Positions 12,568-23,133 of a stretch of 64,000 nucleotides of DNA are shown here, in pieces. A model generated the notes under the pieces. It worked only from the letters and a program-made list of their open reading frames with translations, did no database searches and was not told the DNA's origin. The position numbers and the translations under genes were made by a program. Source of the DNA: Nitrospirota bacterium (GTDB lineage: Bacteria; Nitrospirota; Nitrospiria; Nitrospirales; Nitrospiraceae); assembly GCA_963703955.1 (NCBI GenBank), contig CAVPGK010000015.1, positions 143,528 to 207,527 on the forward strand, written 5' to 3'. The first letter of the stretch is position 1. Each line of letters starts with the position of its first letter.

Positions 12568-12881
12568 CGTCCCCGCTCCCGGTATGGACTGTCAAACGGC
12601 ACCCCCCTGGATGTTCCCGAGCCCGGCAGTTTTTCCTGGTCATCGCCCAATGCCGCGGCCGGCCTTTGCCGAGAGATCGCGACGCCGTCCCTGTAATATG
12701 AAGAAACCAAAAAGAAACTCATCAATCCTAGGATCACCAGCAAGTAGACCAGGATATCCCAGCGGAACCCTTCTTTCTCACGGTAGTCATATCCACACCG
12801 GGGACAGTCGGGGAGCGGATCGTGCCCCAGGTAAGTGTGGCGGCACTTGGGACAAGTAAAGAGCTTCGGTCCCTTAGCCAT
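12564..12881 (-). CDS. Small Zn-ribbon membrane protein (hypothetical)
   Basis: CPKC...CPRC followed by one TM helix; stop overlaps the hemC start. Confidence 0.7.
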   Translation of the reverse strand: MAKGPKLFTCPKCRHTYLGHDPLPDCPRCGYDYREKEGFRWDILVYLLVILGLMSFFLVSSYYRDGVAISRQRPAAALGDDQEKLPGSGTSRGVPFDSPYRERGR

Positions 12882-12900
12882 AACCGTGTCTCCACATCCA

Positions 12901-14309
12901 TCAAAAGTTGGGCTGTGAGTCCCCTAACGGCTTGTCATCGGGCCCTGTCTCTCTTTCTTGCGCGACGGCAGACGATTTCACGGAGACCAGCGGGTCCGAC
13001 GCATTGATCTCTTCTCCCTCGATCCCGGAGAGAGAGGCGGCAAGATCGTCCAGACTAAAAAATCTTCGCGCCGCCTCGACGAACATGGATCCGCTCGCCG
13101 AATGGGCTTCCGCTTTCAACGTCATCAACGGACCATGAAGAAGCTTGTTCACGATGCCTGCCGCCAGGCTCTCGACAACCGTGCGGTCTTGGGGGGAAGG
13201 TTCTTCAGACGGCTGAGGGTTTTTTCGAGTTCGGCTTGCCTGATTCCTTCGGCTCGCTTTCTCAACGCCACGATCGTCGGCGTGACTTCAAGGGCTTTCA
13301 ACCATTGCACGATGACCCCGACCTCTTCCTCTACCAAACCCTCCGCTTTCGCGGCCTCGCGCCGTCGTTCCTCCCGATTATGCTCGACGCGCATCTCAAG
13401 ATCATCGACGTCGAAGAGGAACGCATTATCGATCTCCTTCACCGCCGGCTCAATGTTTCTCGGAACGGAGATATCGATCAGAAAAATAGGACGATTCATT
13501 CGCTGGCGGATGGCCCTCTGCACATCCTCCATTCGAATCAGATAATGCGATGCCCCCGTCGAGCACAGGACGATATCCGCCTCGGCCATTTCATGCCGAA
13601 AATTCTCGTGGGGGATCGGAACGCCATTGAAGCGCTTCGCGAGATCAATCGCGCTGTGCATGTCACGCGTGGTGATCATGACCCGCCTGACACCGTTATT
13701 GACGAGATGCCGGGCCGCCAACTTGGCCATCTCCCCCGCGCCGACCAACAGGACGGTTTTCTCACTAAGATTGGAAAAAATCTTCTTGGCCAGCTCGACT
13801 GCGGCATAACTGACGGAGACCGCAGCCTCGGCAATCTTTGTCTCCGTCCTTACCCGTTTCGCGACTGAAATCGCCTTCTTCACCAGCTTATTAAGAATCA
13901 CGCCGCTCGCCTTGTGCGTCAACGCGACTTCAAACGCCTCTTTGAGTTGACCCAGGATTTGGGGCTCTCCAATCACCATCGAGTCCAGGCTAGCGGCGAC
14001 GCGAAACAAGTGGCTGATCGCTCGATCGCCGGTGTTCCAGTACAGGTGCGGAGTCAGTTCCTCGGAGGAAAGCGCGAGATGGGTGTCGGCGAGGAACTCC
14101 TGGACACGGCTGTACCCGGCTTCGACCTCATCGACCACCGCATAGACCTCAACCCGATTGCAGGTGGAGAGCAGAACGCCTTCCCTGATGCCGGGGTACG
14201 CGCACAGGCGGTGAAGCGCCTCGCCCAACCGACTTTCAGGAACCGCCAGTTTCTCCCGCACCTCGATCGGCGCAGTCTTGTGGCTGAGTCCAACGACTAT
14301 GATGTGCAT
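12901..14309 (-). CDS. hemA: Glutamyl-tRNA reductase (single-base frameshift at G6 run 13191-13196)
   Basis: GLSHKTAP, LSTCNRVE, LDSMVIGEPQILGQ, VGAGEMA; one extra base in the homopolymer joins ...LPPQDRTVVESLAAGIVNKLLHGP in frame. Confidence 0.93.
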
Positions 14310-14312
14310 AGA

Positions 14313-15116
14313 TCAAGCTACCGGACCGTGACCCTTGACCACTATCCCGATGAATGTCAGCACAACCCCGGCAAACCCGATGATCGTGAGATATGCCGCT
14401 CGCTTGGCTCGCCATCCTACGGTCAGTCGACCGACAAGCACGACAAAATAAAACACCCAGGTCACCAAGGCCCACGTCTGTTCGGGGTTCCAGTTCAGAT
14501 ACGACCCTCTCGCGAATTCCGCGGAGATCGCCCCCACGATGATGCCCAACGTCAATAATGGAAACCCGAAGACGATGGACCACTGGTTCAGTTGATCAAG
14601 AAAATCGAGGGGGGGCAATTTGGAATAGAGCACGTTGAACCGCTTCGATTTCAGCAAGCGTTCTTGAATGAGGTACATCAGGCCGGCCACGAACGCCACG
14701 GCGAACCCTACTGTCCCGAGGATACTCAACGTCACATGCAACCATACGGTGCTAAGGACTGGTTCCAGGGTCGGAACTTCTTTCGGTAAAGCAGCCGCCG
14801 AGAGGAGAGAAATGAAAGCGAGAGGGAGAATGAACAGGCCCAGAATGTGGATGCGATGTCGGGCTTCAACCCACAGGAAGACCAAGACCAGGGCCCAGGA
14901 AAAGAACGAGATCGCTTCGTGGGAACTCGTTAAGGGGACATGGCCCGCCGCCATCATTCGAGTGATGAGCGCCACCGTGTGTGAAAGAAACCCGAGGCCC
15001 GTAATGACGAGAGACACTTTGGAGAGAGTTTCGGACCGACGGACGAGGTAAGCCGAATAGCATGCGGTGCCTCCAAGATACAACACCATAGTGGTCATAA
15101 TAAATATGACCGACAT
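14313..15116 (-). CDS. ccsA: Cytochrome c assembly protein (CcsA/HemX-like)
   Basis: Multi-TM, conserved His residues, GFPLLTLGIIVG...WNPEQTW tryptophan-rich region; upstream of hemA. Confidence 0.85.
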   Translation of the reverse strand: MSVIFIMTTMVLYLGGTACYSAYLVRRSETLSKVSLVITGLGFLSHTVALITRMMAAGHVPLTSSHEAISFFSWALVLVFLWVEARHRIHILGLFILPLAFISLLSAAALPKEVPTLEPVLSTVWLHVTLSILGTVGFAVAFVAGLMYLIQERLLKSKRFNVLYSKLPPLDFLDQLNQWSIVFGFPLLTLGIIVGAISAEFARGSYLNWNPEQTWALVTWVFYFVVLVGRLTVGWRAKRAAYLTIIGFAGVVLTFIGIVVKGHGPVA

Positions 15117-15166
15117 GTGAATCTATCCTCGCAAAATTTCAGAACAAATCACCAGGAGGCTCGTCG

Positions 15167-15196
15167 ATTATAGCTGCTGAAATTTGGATGAGTCAA
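15167..15196 (-). promoter_or_regulatory. Sigma70-type promoter for the heme operon
   Basis: Minus strand TTGACT-N18-TATAAT about 50 nt upstream of the ccsA ATG. Confidence 0.65.
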
Positions 15197-15465
15197 GGAA
15201 AGTTGCGGGCTCGGACTCGCCTCGCTGGACGAGACCATCCGATCGGATCAGGACCCGGCTAAGTAATCTCGCTGGACTGGGGCGGTAGTCGGAAAGGCGA
15301 GCTCATCCCAAGGAATTTCTTCATGAGCAAAGGTTTGCGCGTCCAGGGTTCGGTCACCGGCGCGCGGTTCCACGCCCATCAGCTCACCGACAATGATGAA
15401 GAACACGCCATTGGACTTCCCGCCATCCGATGGTAGGATGCTCCAATCTTACTGTATGGTGATCG

Positions 15466-16161
15466 ATGGCGGGCATTCTCTACGTGGTCAGTACTCCGAT
15501 CGGGAATCCAGAGGATCTCACCTTTCGCGCCCTTCGCGTCTTGCGCGAGGTACAGTGGATAGCGTCTGAAAATCCTCAGCAGACCCAACAGCTCCTGGAC
15601 CATTATGCCGTGGGCACGCCGCTGACAACCTATCACAATCTCAATAAGGAAGAAAAAACTTCTCTCCTCACGACCAGGCTTTTGGAAGGAGAAAGTGTGG
15701 CCCTCGTGTCGGATGGCGGAACACCTGCGATTTTCGATCCCGGTTATTTTCTTATCTCGCAAGCCATTGCGTCTGACATCCAAGTCGTGCCGATCCCCGG
15801 CGCCTCCGCCGTGATCTCGGCCGCCGCAGCCTCCGGCATACAGACAGAAGCGTTCATCGTTCACGGTTGGTTTCCGGAGCGGCCGGAGCCGAAACGACGG
15901 TTCCTGGAAACCTTGCGAGGAGAGCGCCGGACCCTCATTCTCTTGGTTCAGCCGGGGTGCCTTCGGCGCACCCTTGAGTCGCTGAGCCCCGTGCTTGGCG
16001 CTCGCCGTGTGGCCGTGGCAAGGAACCTGACGCTGCCGGACGAACAGTTTCTCCGTGGAACTGCGGCCGAACTCCTTCAGCACGCTCGCCGACGACCCAT
16101 TCAAGGCGAGGTGACGTTGGTCATCCAAGGGGCAGGACGAAAGACATCGAGGCGAGGATAA
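15466..16161 (+). CDS. rsmI: 16S rRNA (cytidine-2'-O)-methyltransferase
   Basis: LYVVSTPIGNPEDLTFRA, ALVSDGGTPAIFDPG, VPIPGASA. Confidence 0.9.
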   Translation: MAGILYVVSTPIGNPEDLTFRALRVLREVQWIASENPQQTQQLLDHYAVGTPLTTYHNLNKEEKTSLLTTRLLEGESVALVSDGGTPAIFDPGYFLISQAIASDIQVVPIPGASAVISAAAASGIQTEAFIVHGWFPERPEPKRRFLETLRGERRTLILLVQPGCLRRTLESLSPVLGARRVAVARNLTLPDEQFLRGTAAELLQHARRRPIQGEVTLVIQGAGRKTSRRG

Positions 16162-16169
16162 TGGGCAGA

Positions 16170-16430
16170 TCAGCCGGGACGCTTGCGAATCACGACTCGA
16201 TAAGACCGGATGAGCGGTTCTTGCCGAAGCACTTCATGACCATCATCACTCACACTGCGCGGGACGTTTCGGATTGGCTCACCGTCGTCAAGAATCACGG
16301 CGAGCACTTGGCCGGGTTCCATGGTTTCCAGCCTAAGCTTGGTCTTGACGAAATTGTAGGGACAGATCACGCCGCGTAGATCCAATTCTGCATCAACCTT
16401 CAACTCTGCGTTTCCTCCTCTTGATTCCAT
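16170..16430 (-). CDS. TusA/SirA-family sulfurtransferase
   Basis: LDLRGVICPYNFVKTK (CP motif). Confidence 0.88.
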   Translation of the reverse strand: MESRGGNAELKVDAELDLRGVICPYNFVKTKLRLETMEPGQVLAVILDDGEPIRNVPRSVSDDGHEVLRQEPLIRSYRVVIRKRPG

Positions 16431-16531
16431 GCTGGTATTGAACCTCAACTCATCGCCATGTCTCGTAGGCAGATACTATCAGGCATGGCGATGGCGAACA
16501 AGAGATGGACTTCCGATGCTGGGTTCTCTCC

Positions 16532-16559
16532 AAAAAAAGGGCGGCTTCACAGCCGCCCT
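16532..16559 (-). terminator. Rho-independent terminator
   Basis: Minus strand AGGGCGGC-TGTGAA-GCCGCCCT followed by a T run, downstream of 16600-17322. Confidence 0.8.
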
Positions 16560-16599
16560 CAGAGTTCCCCAAGCCGAGTGCCTGAGCAAGCCAACCGGC

Positions 16600-17322
16600 T
16601 TACTGCTTGGTCAGATTTGGCTTGTCCGCGCCACCATAATCGCTCTTGTTTGAGGTCCCATATCCCCAGCCGGGCTGCGGTTCGCACTGCCAGCAGGGCG
16701 CCGCGCCGGTCATTTCACCAACGTTGCTGCTGATACCAGAGTGAATATCGCCGGGCAACACCACACCGACAACACCGCCGTGGGAAGACGCGCTCTCTGT
16801 CACGATCCCACGCTCGGTCTTCGGATCAGGCCGCTGGCCCAAGCCTCCGAACCCCATCATCTTTTCGTTTTCACGAATGACGGTGATCTCACGGACGAGT
16901 TTCCTGCCTGTGCCGTACGGCTGCTTCGCGGTCGTTTCTTCGCGGACCTGCAGGCTGACGTCATCACCGGTGTCGACTATTCGGATCTGATCCATGTTGG
17001 TCTCACCGTCAAAATATGCCGTCAACGACGACATCGCACCTTGCCCCGCGCGCCCCTCATCGTGCGAGCTTCCGCCTGTCTCCAAGAGGATCTTCCCTGC
17101 CGGAATGTCGATCGCGAGGATACGTCCATAGATGGTTTCGGGCTGAGACAGCCTTTCGAGTAAGGCGCTCTTGTCCCAGATTTGGGAACGTGTGCCCGTA
17201 CCGGCACTTTCGCCAACCCCGGTGCCGAATCCGGAGTGCTGCGGCAGTCGCTCCTGGGCCACAGCCACACCGAGAGAGCCTGCAAGCAGAATCACTGCTC
17301 CAACTATAATTGCCTTACGCAT
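16600..17322 (-). CDS. Secreted hypothetical protein
   Basis: Signal peptide (..VAVAQ), AAGGAGG RBS, own terminator, C-terminal CWQC. Confidence 0.75.
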   Translation of the reverse strand: MRKAIIVGAVILLAGSLGVAVAQERLPQHSGFGTGVGESAGTGTRSQIWDKSALLERLSQPETIYGRILAIDIPAGKILLETGGSSHDEGRAGQGAMSSLTAYFDGETNMDQIRIVDTGDDVSLQVREETTAKQPYGTGRKLVREITVIRENEKMMGFGGLGQRPDPKTERGIVTESASSHGGVVGVVLPGDIHSGISSNVGEMTGAAPCWQCEPQPGWGYGTSNKSDYGGADKPNLTKQ

Positions 17323-17542
17323 GTGCTGCCCTCCTTAAAGTGAGTGAGCCGGTATGTAAAGATGACGACTAAGCGGAAACGCCCGAGATCATTCGATAAG
17401 GTTCACGGACAAGCGAAATATAGGCCAATCAAAAAACCCTGTCAAGAGGATTTCCAGTGGCATTCTTGAGAAAAAACTTGCAGTTGTAATATGCCGAAAT
17501 TTGACGATTCAGCCGCTACGCCGCCTGGGTCGCTTCTCGTCA

Positions 17543-17629
17543 TGGTGCCCGGAGGGAGGGTCGAACTCCCACTCTCTTGCGAGAACCAGATTTTGAGTCT
17601 GGCGCGTCTGCCAGTTCCGCCATCCGGGC
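17543..17629 (-). tRNA. tRNA-Leu(CAA)
   Basis: GCCCGGATGGCGGAACTGGCAGACGCG-CCAGA-CTCAAAA-TCTGG, long variable arm, GTTCGA T-loop, CCA end. Confidence 0.97.
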
Positions 17630-17664
17630 AGCCTTTTATATCGCGCAGTTCTCTACCTGGGCCT

Positions 17665-18528
17665 CTACCCCCTCCTGCGAATCCCCCGCCGGGCCTGACG
17701 CCGCAGCAGGGCGAGGGCCATGTCCCGTTCCGCCGTGCCTGTGGCGGGCGCGATCTGCAGGTCCACACAGAGGCCATGCCGATTCTCCATCAAGGCGTGG
17801 CCCGAGAAGCACAGTTTGGCTTCTTTGCCCGTGCTCTTGCGGGCCAGCAAGGCGTCCGGGTCGGTCGTGCTCTGATGGGTGGCATTGGTGCGCCGCTCGC
17901 CGTGGAAATTGACCGTGGGATTGCCCGGGTCATCCGGCGGCGCCGTCGGGGTGGGAGCGGTCTTCGGCTTGACACTCTTGAGCGAAGCCCAGGCCTCGAT
18001 CAGCGTGCCGTCGACGGTGAAGTGCTCATCCGAGAGCAGCCCCGCTCCCCGGGCATACCCCACGACGGCATCGAAGAACTTCCGTGCGGCTTCATGCGCC
18101 AGCAACCGCTCGCTGTTCTGACTGAAGGTGCTGTGATCGAACACCGGTTCATCGAGGTTCATGTCCAGAAACCAGCGGAACAGGATGTGGTACTCCAGCA
18201 TCTCACAGAAGAGCCGATGGCCTCGGATGGAGAACAACGCGATCAGCAGTTCGCCTTTCAGCAGGCGTTCCGGGGGAATCGAGGGCCGCCCACTCCGGCT
18301 GTACATCGCCTCAAACGTCGGCGCCAGCCGCTGCACCACCTGGTCAGCGATCGCTTTGATCGAGCGCAAGGGATGGGTCGCGGGCACTCGGGCTTCAGGC
18401 GAGAGGTAGCTGAACATCATGGCTTGGCCGCTGACGTATCCGCGCATCGTGCCTCCTTGGGAGTGAGTGGGCTGATGCGCCGTTATACTACGTATGTCGA
18501 GAAAGGCAAGGCCTTTTTCAACATCCTG
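17665..18528 (-). mobile_element. IS5-family element, 3'-truncated (transposase 17665-18447)
   Basis: MRG..QAMMFSYLSPEARVPATHPLR, RPSIPPERLL, FRWFLD, HFTVDGTLIEAWAS; left end CAGGATGTTGAAAAAGGC next to CTAG (18529-18532); C-terminal DDE part and right IR absent. Confidence 0.88.
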
Positions 18529-19471
18529 CTAGTGTTATATAGGTGTTAATTCCAGACGCAGCTTGCTTCAGATCGGCCTCGTCAATGGTGTTGTATCGCT
18601 TATACATCTTCTCCGACCGATGACCGATGATCGCCATGGCCGTCATCACGTCCACCCCTGCTCGTCGCATGTTCGTTGCGGCGCAGTGTCGAAGGTCATG
18701 TGGAACCGGAGGTTGGTGATCTTCGCTCGTTCCTTGGCATTCTCGAACGCCGTGCGGACGCTCTGGATAGACTCTCCGTTCCGCAGAAACACGCGATCTT
18801 GACCGAGGTATCGGACCTTATACAGGTCGCGGAAGACCTCTGTCAATTCAGGCGTCAACGGCACTTTCCGGGGCTTTCTGGCCTTGGTATCCTTGGCCGT
18901 CAGCGTGATGATTCCCCGCTTCAAATCTACCCGGTCCCAGGTCAACCTGACGATCTCCCCGTAGCGCAGTCCCAGGTGGTAGGCAACCTTGAGGATTGCC
19001 TTGAGATGGAGAGCCGCTTCCGCATACAGCCGAGTCCACTCTTCCGGCGTCAAAACCCGGTCTCGCTCGTTGTACGGGTCCGGCATGGCCACCCTTGAAG
19101 CCGGATTAGCCATGAGCAAGCCCCTTTTCACAGCCTGATACAGCATTTGTTTCAGGATCGCATGGTCCCCCATTGAGGGTCGCCATCGTTGGAGGCTTGC
19201 CGTTCTTCAGTCGCCGTTGAGCACGGTAGGCTTCAACATCGTCCGGCGTAATCTCGGTCAGGAGCTTGTCTCCAAAGAATGGAACCAGCCAACAATTGAC
19301 CTTCTCGACATGGTTTCGGTATGAAGCTAGATTCTTGACCTCTGGAATCTCTAAGTACTTCTGTCCCCAAGCTCGGAAGGTCATGAGGCCGGGCAGCTTC
19401 TCGCTCTTGATCTCACCTTTGCGACTAGCGGCACGGGCTTCGTTGTAACATCGAAGCCACTGGATTACCAA
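18518..19471 (-). pseudogene. Tyrosine recombinase/integrase, frameshifted
   Basis: HLGLRYGEI box; after removing +1 (~19170) and +2 (~18700) indels reads RFHDLRHCAATNMRRAGVD...IIGHRSEKMYKRYN; N-terminus appears truncated. Confidence 0.9.
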
Positions 19472-19523
19472 CCGTGCCTCTGGCTAATGCAAATGCAGAT
19501 TTTAGAGAAATGAGCCCCAGCAA

Positions 19524-19587
19524 TTTTTTGTCCCTCCAAGCGCGATCCCAAAATGACACCCTAACTCATGCCCAGGCGGGTGTGCCT
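19524..19587 (+). repeat. Island repeat element X, copy 1 (degenerate, class A)
   Basis: TTTTTTGTCCCTCCAAGCGCGA..AAATGACACCC..CTCATGCCC..GGGTGTGCC. Confidence 0.65.
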
Positions 19588-20038
19588 AGACGTGCAACGA
19601 ATGCCTCTGCTTTCTGAAAATCCACCACCTAGCTCACGTTTTTCAGACGATCGTTCCGGGGATGACCCTTGGTGCCGCTAGCCACTAGATCGTGTCAGCT
19701 TCATGGGGCGCGCCGTTGCCTACCATCCGCATGATGAACCCCGTCACGTATCCATTTTGATAGGAGTCCGTAGTACGGATGTTCAGCCCGCACAGACCCA
19801 TTAGAGATCGCCTATCCAAATACCGCAATAGGTCTCTTGTTAAGCACAATGTTGAATCACGTGCATTAAGCAGCTGCACTCTGGCAGGTAGCCAAAATGA
19901 ACAACCGAACGACTCCCCGAGGTGTTGCAACCCAGGCACGGCCGTCTGTCAGTTCATCTCAAATTTAATACTGTTGACTTTACTTATTTTCTGATCCATG
20001 CAAAGATTCGTTAAACTTAGACGCCTGTCTGCCCCGAA

Positions 20039-20054
20039 TGGCATGGCGGTTGCC
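20039..20054 (+). promoter_or_regulatory. Sigma54 (-24/-12) promoter motif
   Basis: TGGCATGGCGGTTGC (GG-N10-GC), 46 nt before ATG 20100; equivalent site conserved at 26690-26705. Confidence 0.6.
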
Positions 20055-20099
20055 CTAACCTAGTGACAACGAACGAAAGAATTCCAGCCCAGGAGATAT

Positions 20100-20255
20100 A
20101 TGCTGCTGAACATTGTCATCGCATGGCTGTTCTTGGACATGGTCGCTCTACTGATCGTGTGGCACGATTACCACCGGTGGTACCGCAATGTTGAACCGAT
20201 CAACGATGAGGAGAATATCCCTGAGACCTCGATAGATCGTCTCCCCGCCGCTTAG
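20100..20255 (+). CDS. 51-aa small membrane protein (copy 1)
   Basis: AGGAG RBS; MLLNIVIAWLFLDMVALLIVWHDYHRWYRNVEPINDEENIPETSIDRLPAA; paralog at 26750. Confidence 0.75.
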   Translation: MLLNIVIAWLFLDMVALLIVWHDYHRWYRNVEPINDEENIPETSIDRLPAA

Positions 20256-20276
20256 CCCTCAGGTCTTGATACAGTT

Positions 20277-20310
20277 CCCCTTTTTCCCCATCCAGCGCGA
20301 GGCGAAAAAG
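20277..20310 (+). repeat. Island repeat element X, copy 2 (5' part only)
   Basis: CCCCTTTTTCCCCATCCAGCGCGAGGCGAAAA, then an abrupt junction. Confidence 0.65.
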
Positions 20311-20609
20311 ATCTCTGTCCCTTAATAGAGCGTCCACTCGCGAAGGGCAAGCATAGTTGCCATGGGCTGATGTCCGCCTTCACTTCCGTCACCGTCGCAC
20401 TGTTAGACCCATGGGCCGCCTATTAACGGGGGATACTGGGAACTATGATCCGAAGCTCATTTCAGGCGTCTTGATAACTCGAAACCTATTGTTCGCAAAA
20501 GGTATAATTCACGGAGCCACCTTCTTTAAAGTGACACATAGCTATTCACTCAGTTCGCCACATTGGCTAGATCGTTTCGGGATCTTGAAGAAAGGATAAA
20601 GGAGGTTGT

Positions 20610-21086
20610 ATGGCTCACAAAAAACTTGTTATGGAACACGATAAGAGAATTGCACTTGTCGCTCACGACAATAAAAAACGGGACTTGGTGGAATGGGCCA
20701 GGTATAACCGCGATCTTTTGGCACACCACAAAGTGTATGCGACAGGCACCACGGGCGAGCTTCTGGAAAGGGAACTGGGGTTCAAAATCACGAGATTGCA
20801 AAGCGGCCCTTTGGGCGGGGATCAGCAAATCGGGGCCAAGATTGTCGATGACGAGATCAATTTTCTCATCTTTTTCTGGGATCCGCTCGAACCTATGCCA
20901 CATGACCCCGATGTCAAGGCACTCTTGCGCATGGCCGTGGTGTGGAATATTCCCATTGCCTGCAATCGGGCTTCAGCTGATTTCATGATCTCCTCTCCTC
21001 TCATGGATGGCGTGTATGATCGTCTGGTACCCGATTATGAGGGCTATCGCTCTCGGAGCATCGACAGGGATGACCGAGCACGCTGA
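20610..21086 (+). CDS. mgsA: Methylglyoxal synthase
   Basis: IALVAHDNKK, ATGTTG, SGPLGGDQQIG, FFWDPLEPMPHDPDVKALLR; GGAGG RBS. Confidence 0.97.
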   Translation: MAHKKLVMEHDKRIALVAHDNKKRDLVEWARYNRDLLAHHKVYATGTTGELLERELGFKITRLQSGPLGGDQQIGAKIVDDEINFLIFFWDPLEPMPHDPDVKALLRMAVVWNIPIACNRASADFMISSPLMDGVYDRLVPDYEGYRSRSIDRDDRAR

Positions 21087-21437
21087 GGCGCTAATCACCA
21101 TTTCCTGGAGTAAGATGGTCCTTGAGAGGGCTAGGCTGTCACTCGAACATATTTACGGTCCGCTCAAGCCGCCAGCACCTCAGCTCAGCGGCACGTGTAC
21201 ATGGCGACCTTGAGCAGAAGGCAGCGGAGGTGAGTCGATGCGAAAGGATGACCGCGCAGGGTCTTCCTTGAGCCGGCCAGACAGTGCACTGGCGTTATTG
21301 CGGGGTTACCGCATATGATCCGCCTGCCTCCGTATAACGATGTCCCGACTTTCTCGTCAAGGCGTGTGGTGTGCTGGGGAAGTGTGAAGGCGACCGCTAT
21401 CGGTGCCGATGTTGGGCAGTGATCGGTTTTGATTTCC

Positions 21438-21662
21438 TTATTGACAAGCGATGACCTCGCCTTCCTTTCCGCACTCAATGCATGTGCCTTGCTCAAAATA
21501 CATTCCCCTCTGATTCATCAAGGTAGAAACTTCCTCAGACAGCAAGGACGGCTTTTCCGCGTCGGTCATCCCGACTTTTAGTTTGATAAAACACTTAAGG
21601 CAAAGACTTGGCTCTTTCGATTCTTCCAGAAAGTCTTCTACTAAGTAGTTCATCTTCCCCAC
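21438..21662 (-). CDS. Small Cys-rich hypothetical protein
   Basis: CLKC...CIEC; start could be 21653. Confidence 0.5.
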   Translation of the reverse strand: MGKMNYLVEDFLEESKEPSLCLKCFIKLKVGMTDAEKPSLLSEEVSTLMNQRGMYFEQGTCIECGKEGEVIACQ

Positions 21663-21696
21663 ATGCGGACTGTTTGCCCGGCTTGCGCCTATCCTC

Positions 21697-21936
21697 TTAG
21701 CCTATTGCGACTAGGAACACCTTGTCGTTGTCCTTCTGTGACGTAAGTTTTCCTGTGTTTGGACAGGTAAGCACGTTAGCTCCGATGTTCGCTAAAATAG
21801 CTGGTAGTGCTTTGCCTGCGTATGTAGCACCGATGCTCGCTCCAGTTAAGGGACCATCCTCCATGGGTAAGACGAGTCGCATCGGATGGACCTCCGAGCA
21901 CTCGTTGCAAAAGAAGTAAAATGAGTACGTGGACAT
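21697..21936 (-). CDS. Small putative metal-binding hypothetical protein
   Basis: CNECSEVH...CPNTG; AAGGA RBS; 3' end duplicated at 21963-22022. Confidence 0.65.
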   Translation of the reverse strand: MSTYSFYFFCNECSEVHPMRLVLPMEDGPLTGASIGATYAGKALPAILANIGANVLTCPNTGKLTSQKDNDKVFLVAIG

Positions 21937-22938
21937 GGTTCCTTCAGCCCTCCCTCCGCTCTCTAGCCTATTGCTACCAAGAACACCTTGTCGTACTCCT
22001 TCTGTGATGTGCGTTTTCCTGTCTCGATTCCCCTCGGCCCACCGCTCGGTTCGGCTCGTTGTCGGTGAACCAACAAAGAGACCAGAAGCGGCCGACTCTC
22101 ACGAGCAGTGTGGGCGTCAGGAGCTATGACGTGGGTAAAGAGAAAGGGAACCGACGAGAATCAGAGGCGAAGCACGGTGGTTTTCAGCAGCACGTCGAGC
22201 GGAGGGCCCTTTTGGAAGACGTAATCAGGCAGATGCTGGTCTGGTACTGGTCCGTCGAACAAAAGAGAGAGTTGGGTTGTGTCCGCTAAGTCGAATGTAT
22301 GATGATACTTCAGGGGCTGTAGTTCGGGGGAAGCTGGGAGGTCGGTCAGATACTAGCTGTTGTTCAAAAGTACGTCACTGATAATCCGAATGAGTGGCAC
22401 AGGCAGATGCCGGATATTATGTTCAGGGCGCTCAGCGACGCATGTAAAAAGGAATAGAAATACTTTTGGAGAAGAATCGTTTGACACAGGTCCTCATCGC
22501 GCGTAGCATCTATCATGACGTGCTAAGCCTCGCTGGCTGTCCTGTCTTTCGCGCTTTCTGATTCATTCCCGCGCGACCGATTCCCCAGTCTCCGCCGCTT
22601 TCTACGCCAAAGTCTCCCTGCGATTCGTTGTCTTCAACGTGCATCGGCCTTTACGCTGATCAGATGTGGCCGAGATTCAGAGAAAGGGAGGGGAGCGGTA
22701 TGTATCCGGAATTAATTCTGCTGGGACTGGTGTGCCTGATGTGGGGCGCGACAGTAGTATGGACTTCCTTTATTGAGAAGAAGCAATAAGTGTGGTCGCC
22801 GTTCCCACAGTGGGATCGAAGGGTTACTAGTTGAAGGAGCAGGCTGCACAATCCTGACCTAGACCCATGATTATCCACAACGCCGCGTTGGGCGCATTGT
22901 CCACCTTCCTGAGAATAGAGGAGGAATAGGAATAGACC

Positions 22939-23133
22939 ATGGCGACTTGTCCAGAATGTAACAGGAATAGTCTGGAGTTTAGCGAGATCAGGAAGGCCGC
23001 GTGGTGTCTGTATACCGACTGCGAGTTCAGTCAGCCGGTGAAAAGCCACGAGGAATACATTCGAGAATTTGAGCCCCCGGCCGAAGTACCTCGGAAACAA
23101 AATGAAAATATCAAGGCGGCAGTTATCCCCTGA
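22939..23133 (+). CDS. Small Zn-ribbon hypothetical protein
   Basis: MATCPECN...WCLYTDC; GAGGAGG upstream. Confidence 0.6.
   Translation: MATCPECNRNSLEFSEIRKAAWCLYTDCEFSQPVKSHEEYIREFEPPAEVPRKQNENIKAAVIP

Noticed and set aside
15200..15460. Possible ncRNA (RNase P/SRP) near rsmI, and likewise the 5110-5400 and 50260-50720 intergenic gaps
   Set aside because: No diagnostic conserved motifs found.
17491..18549. 352-aa + strand ORF
   Set aside because: Spans the tRNA and the antisense strand of the transposase.
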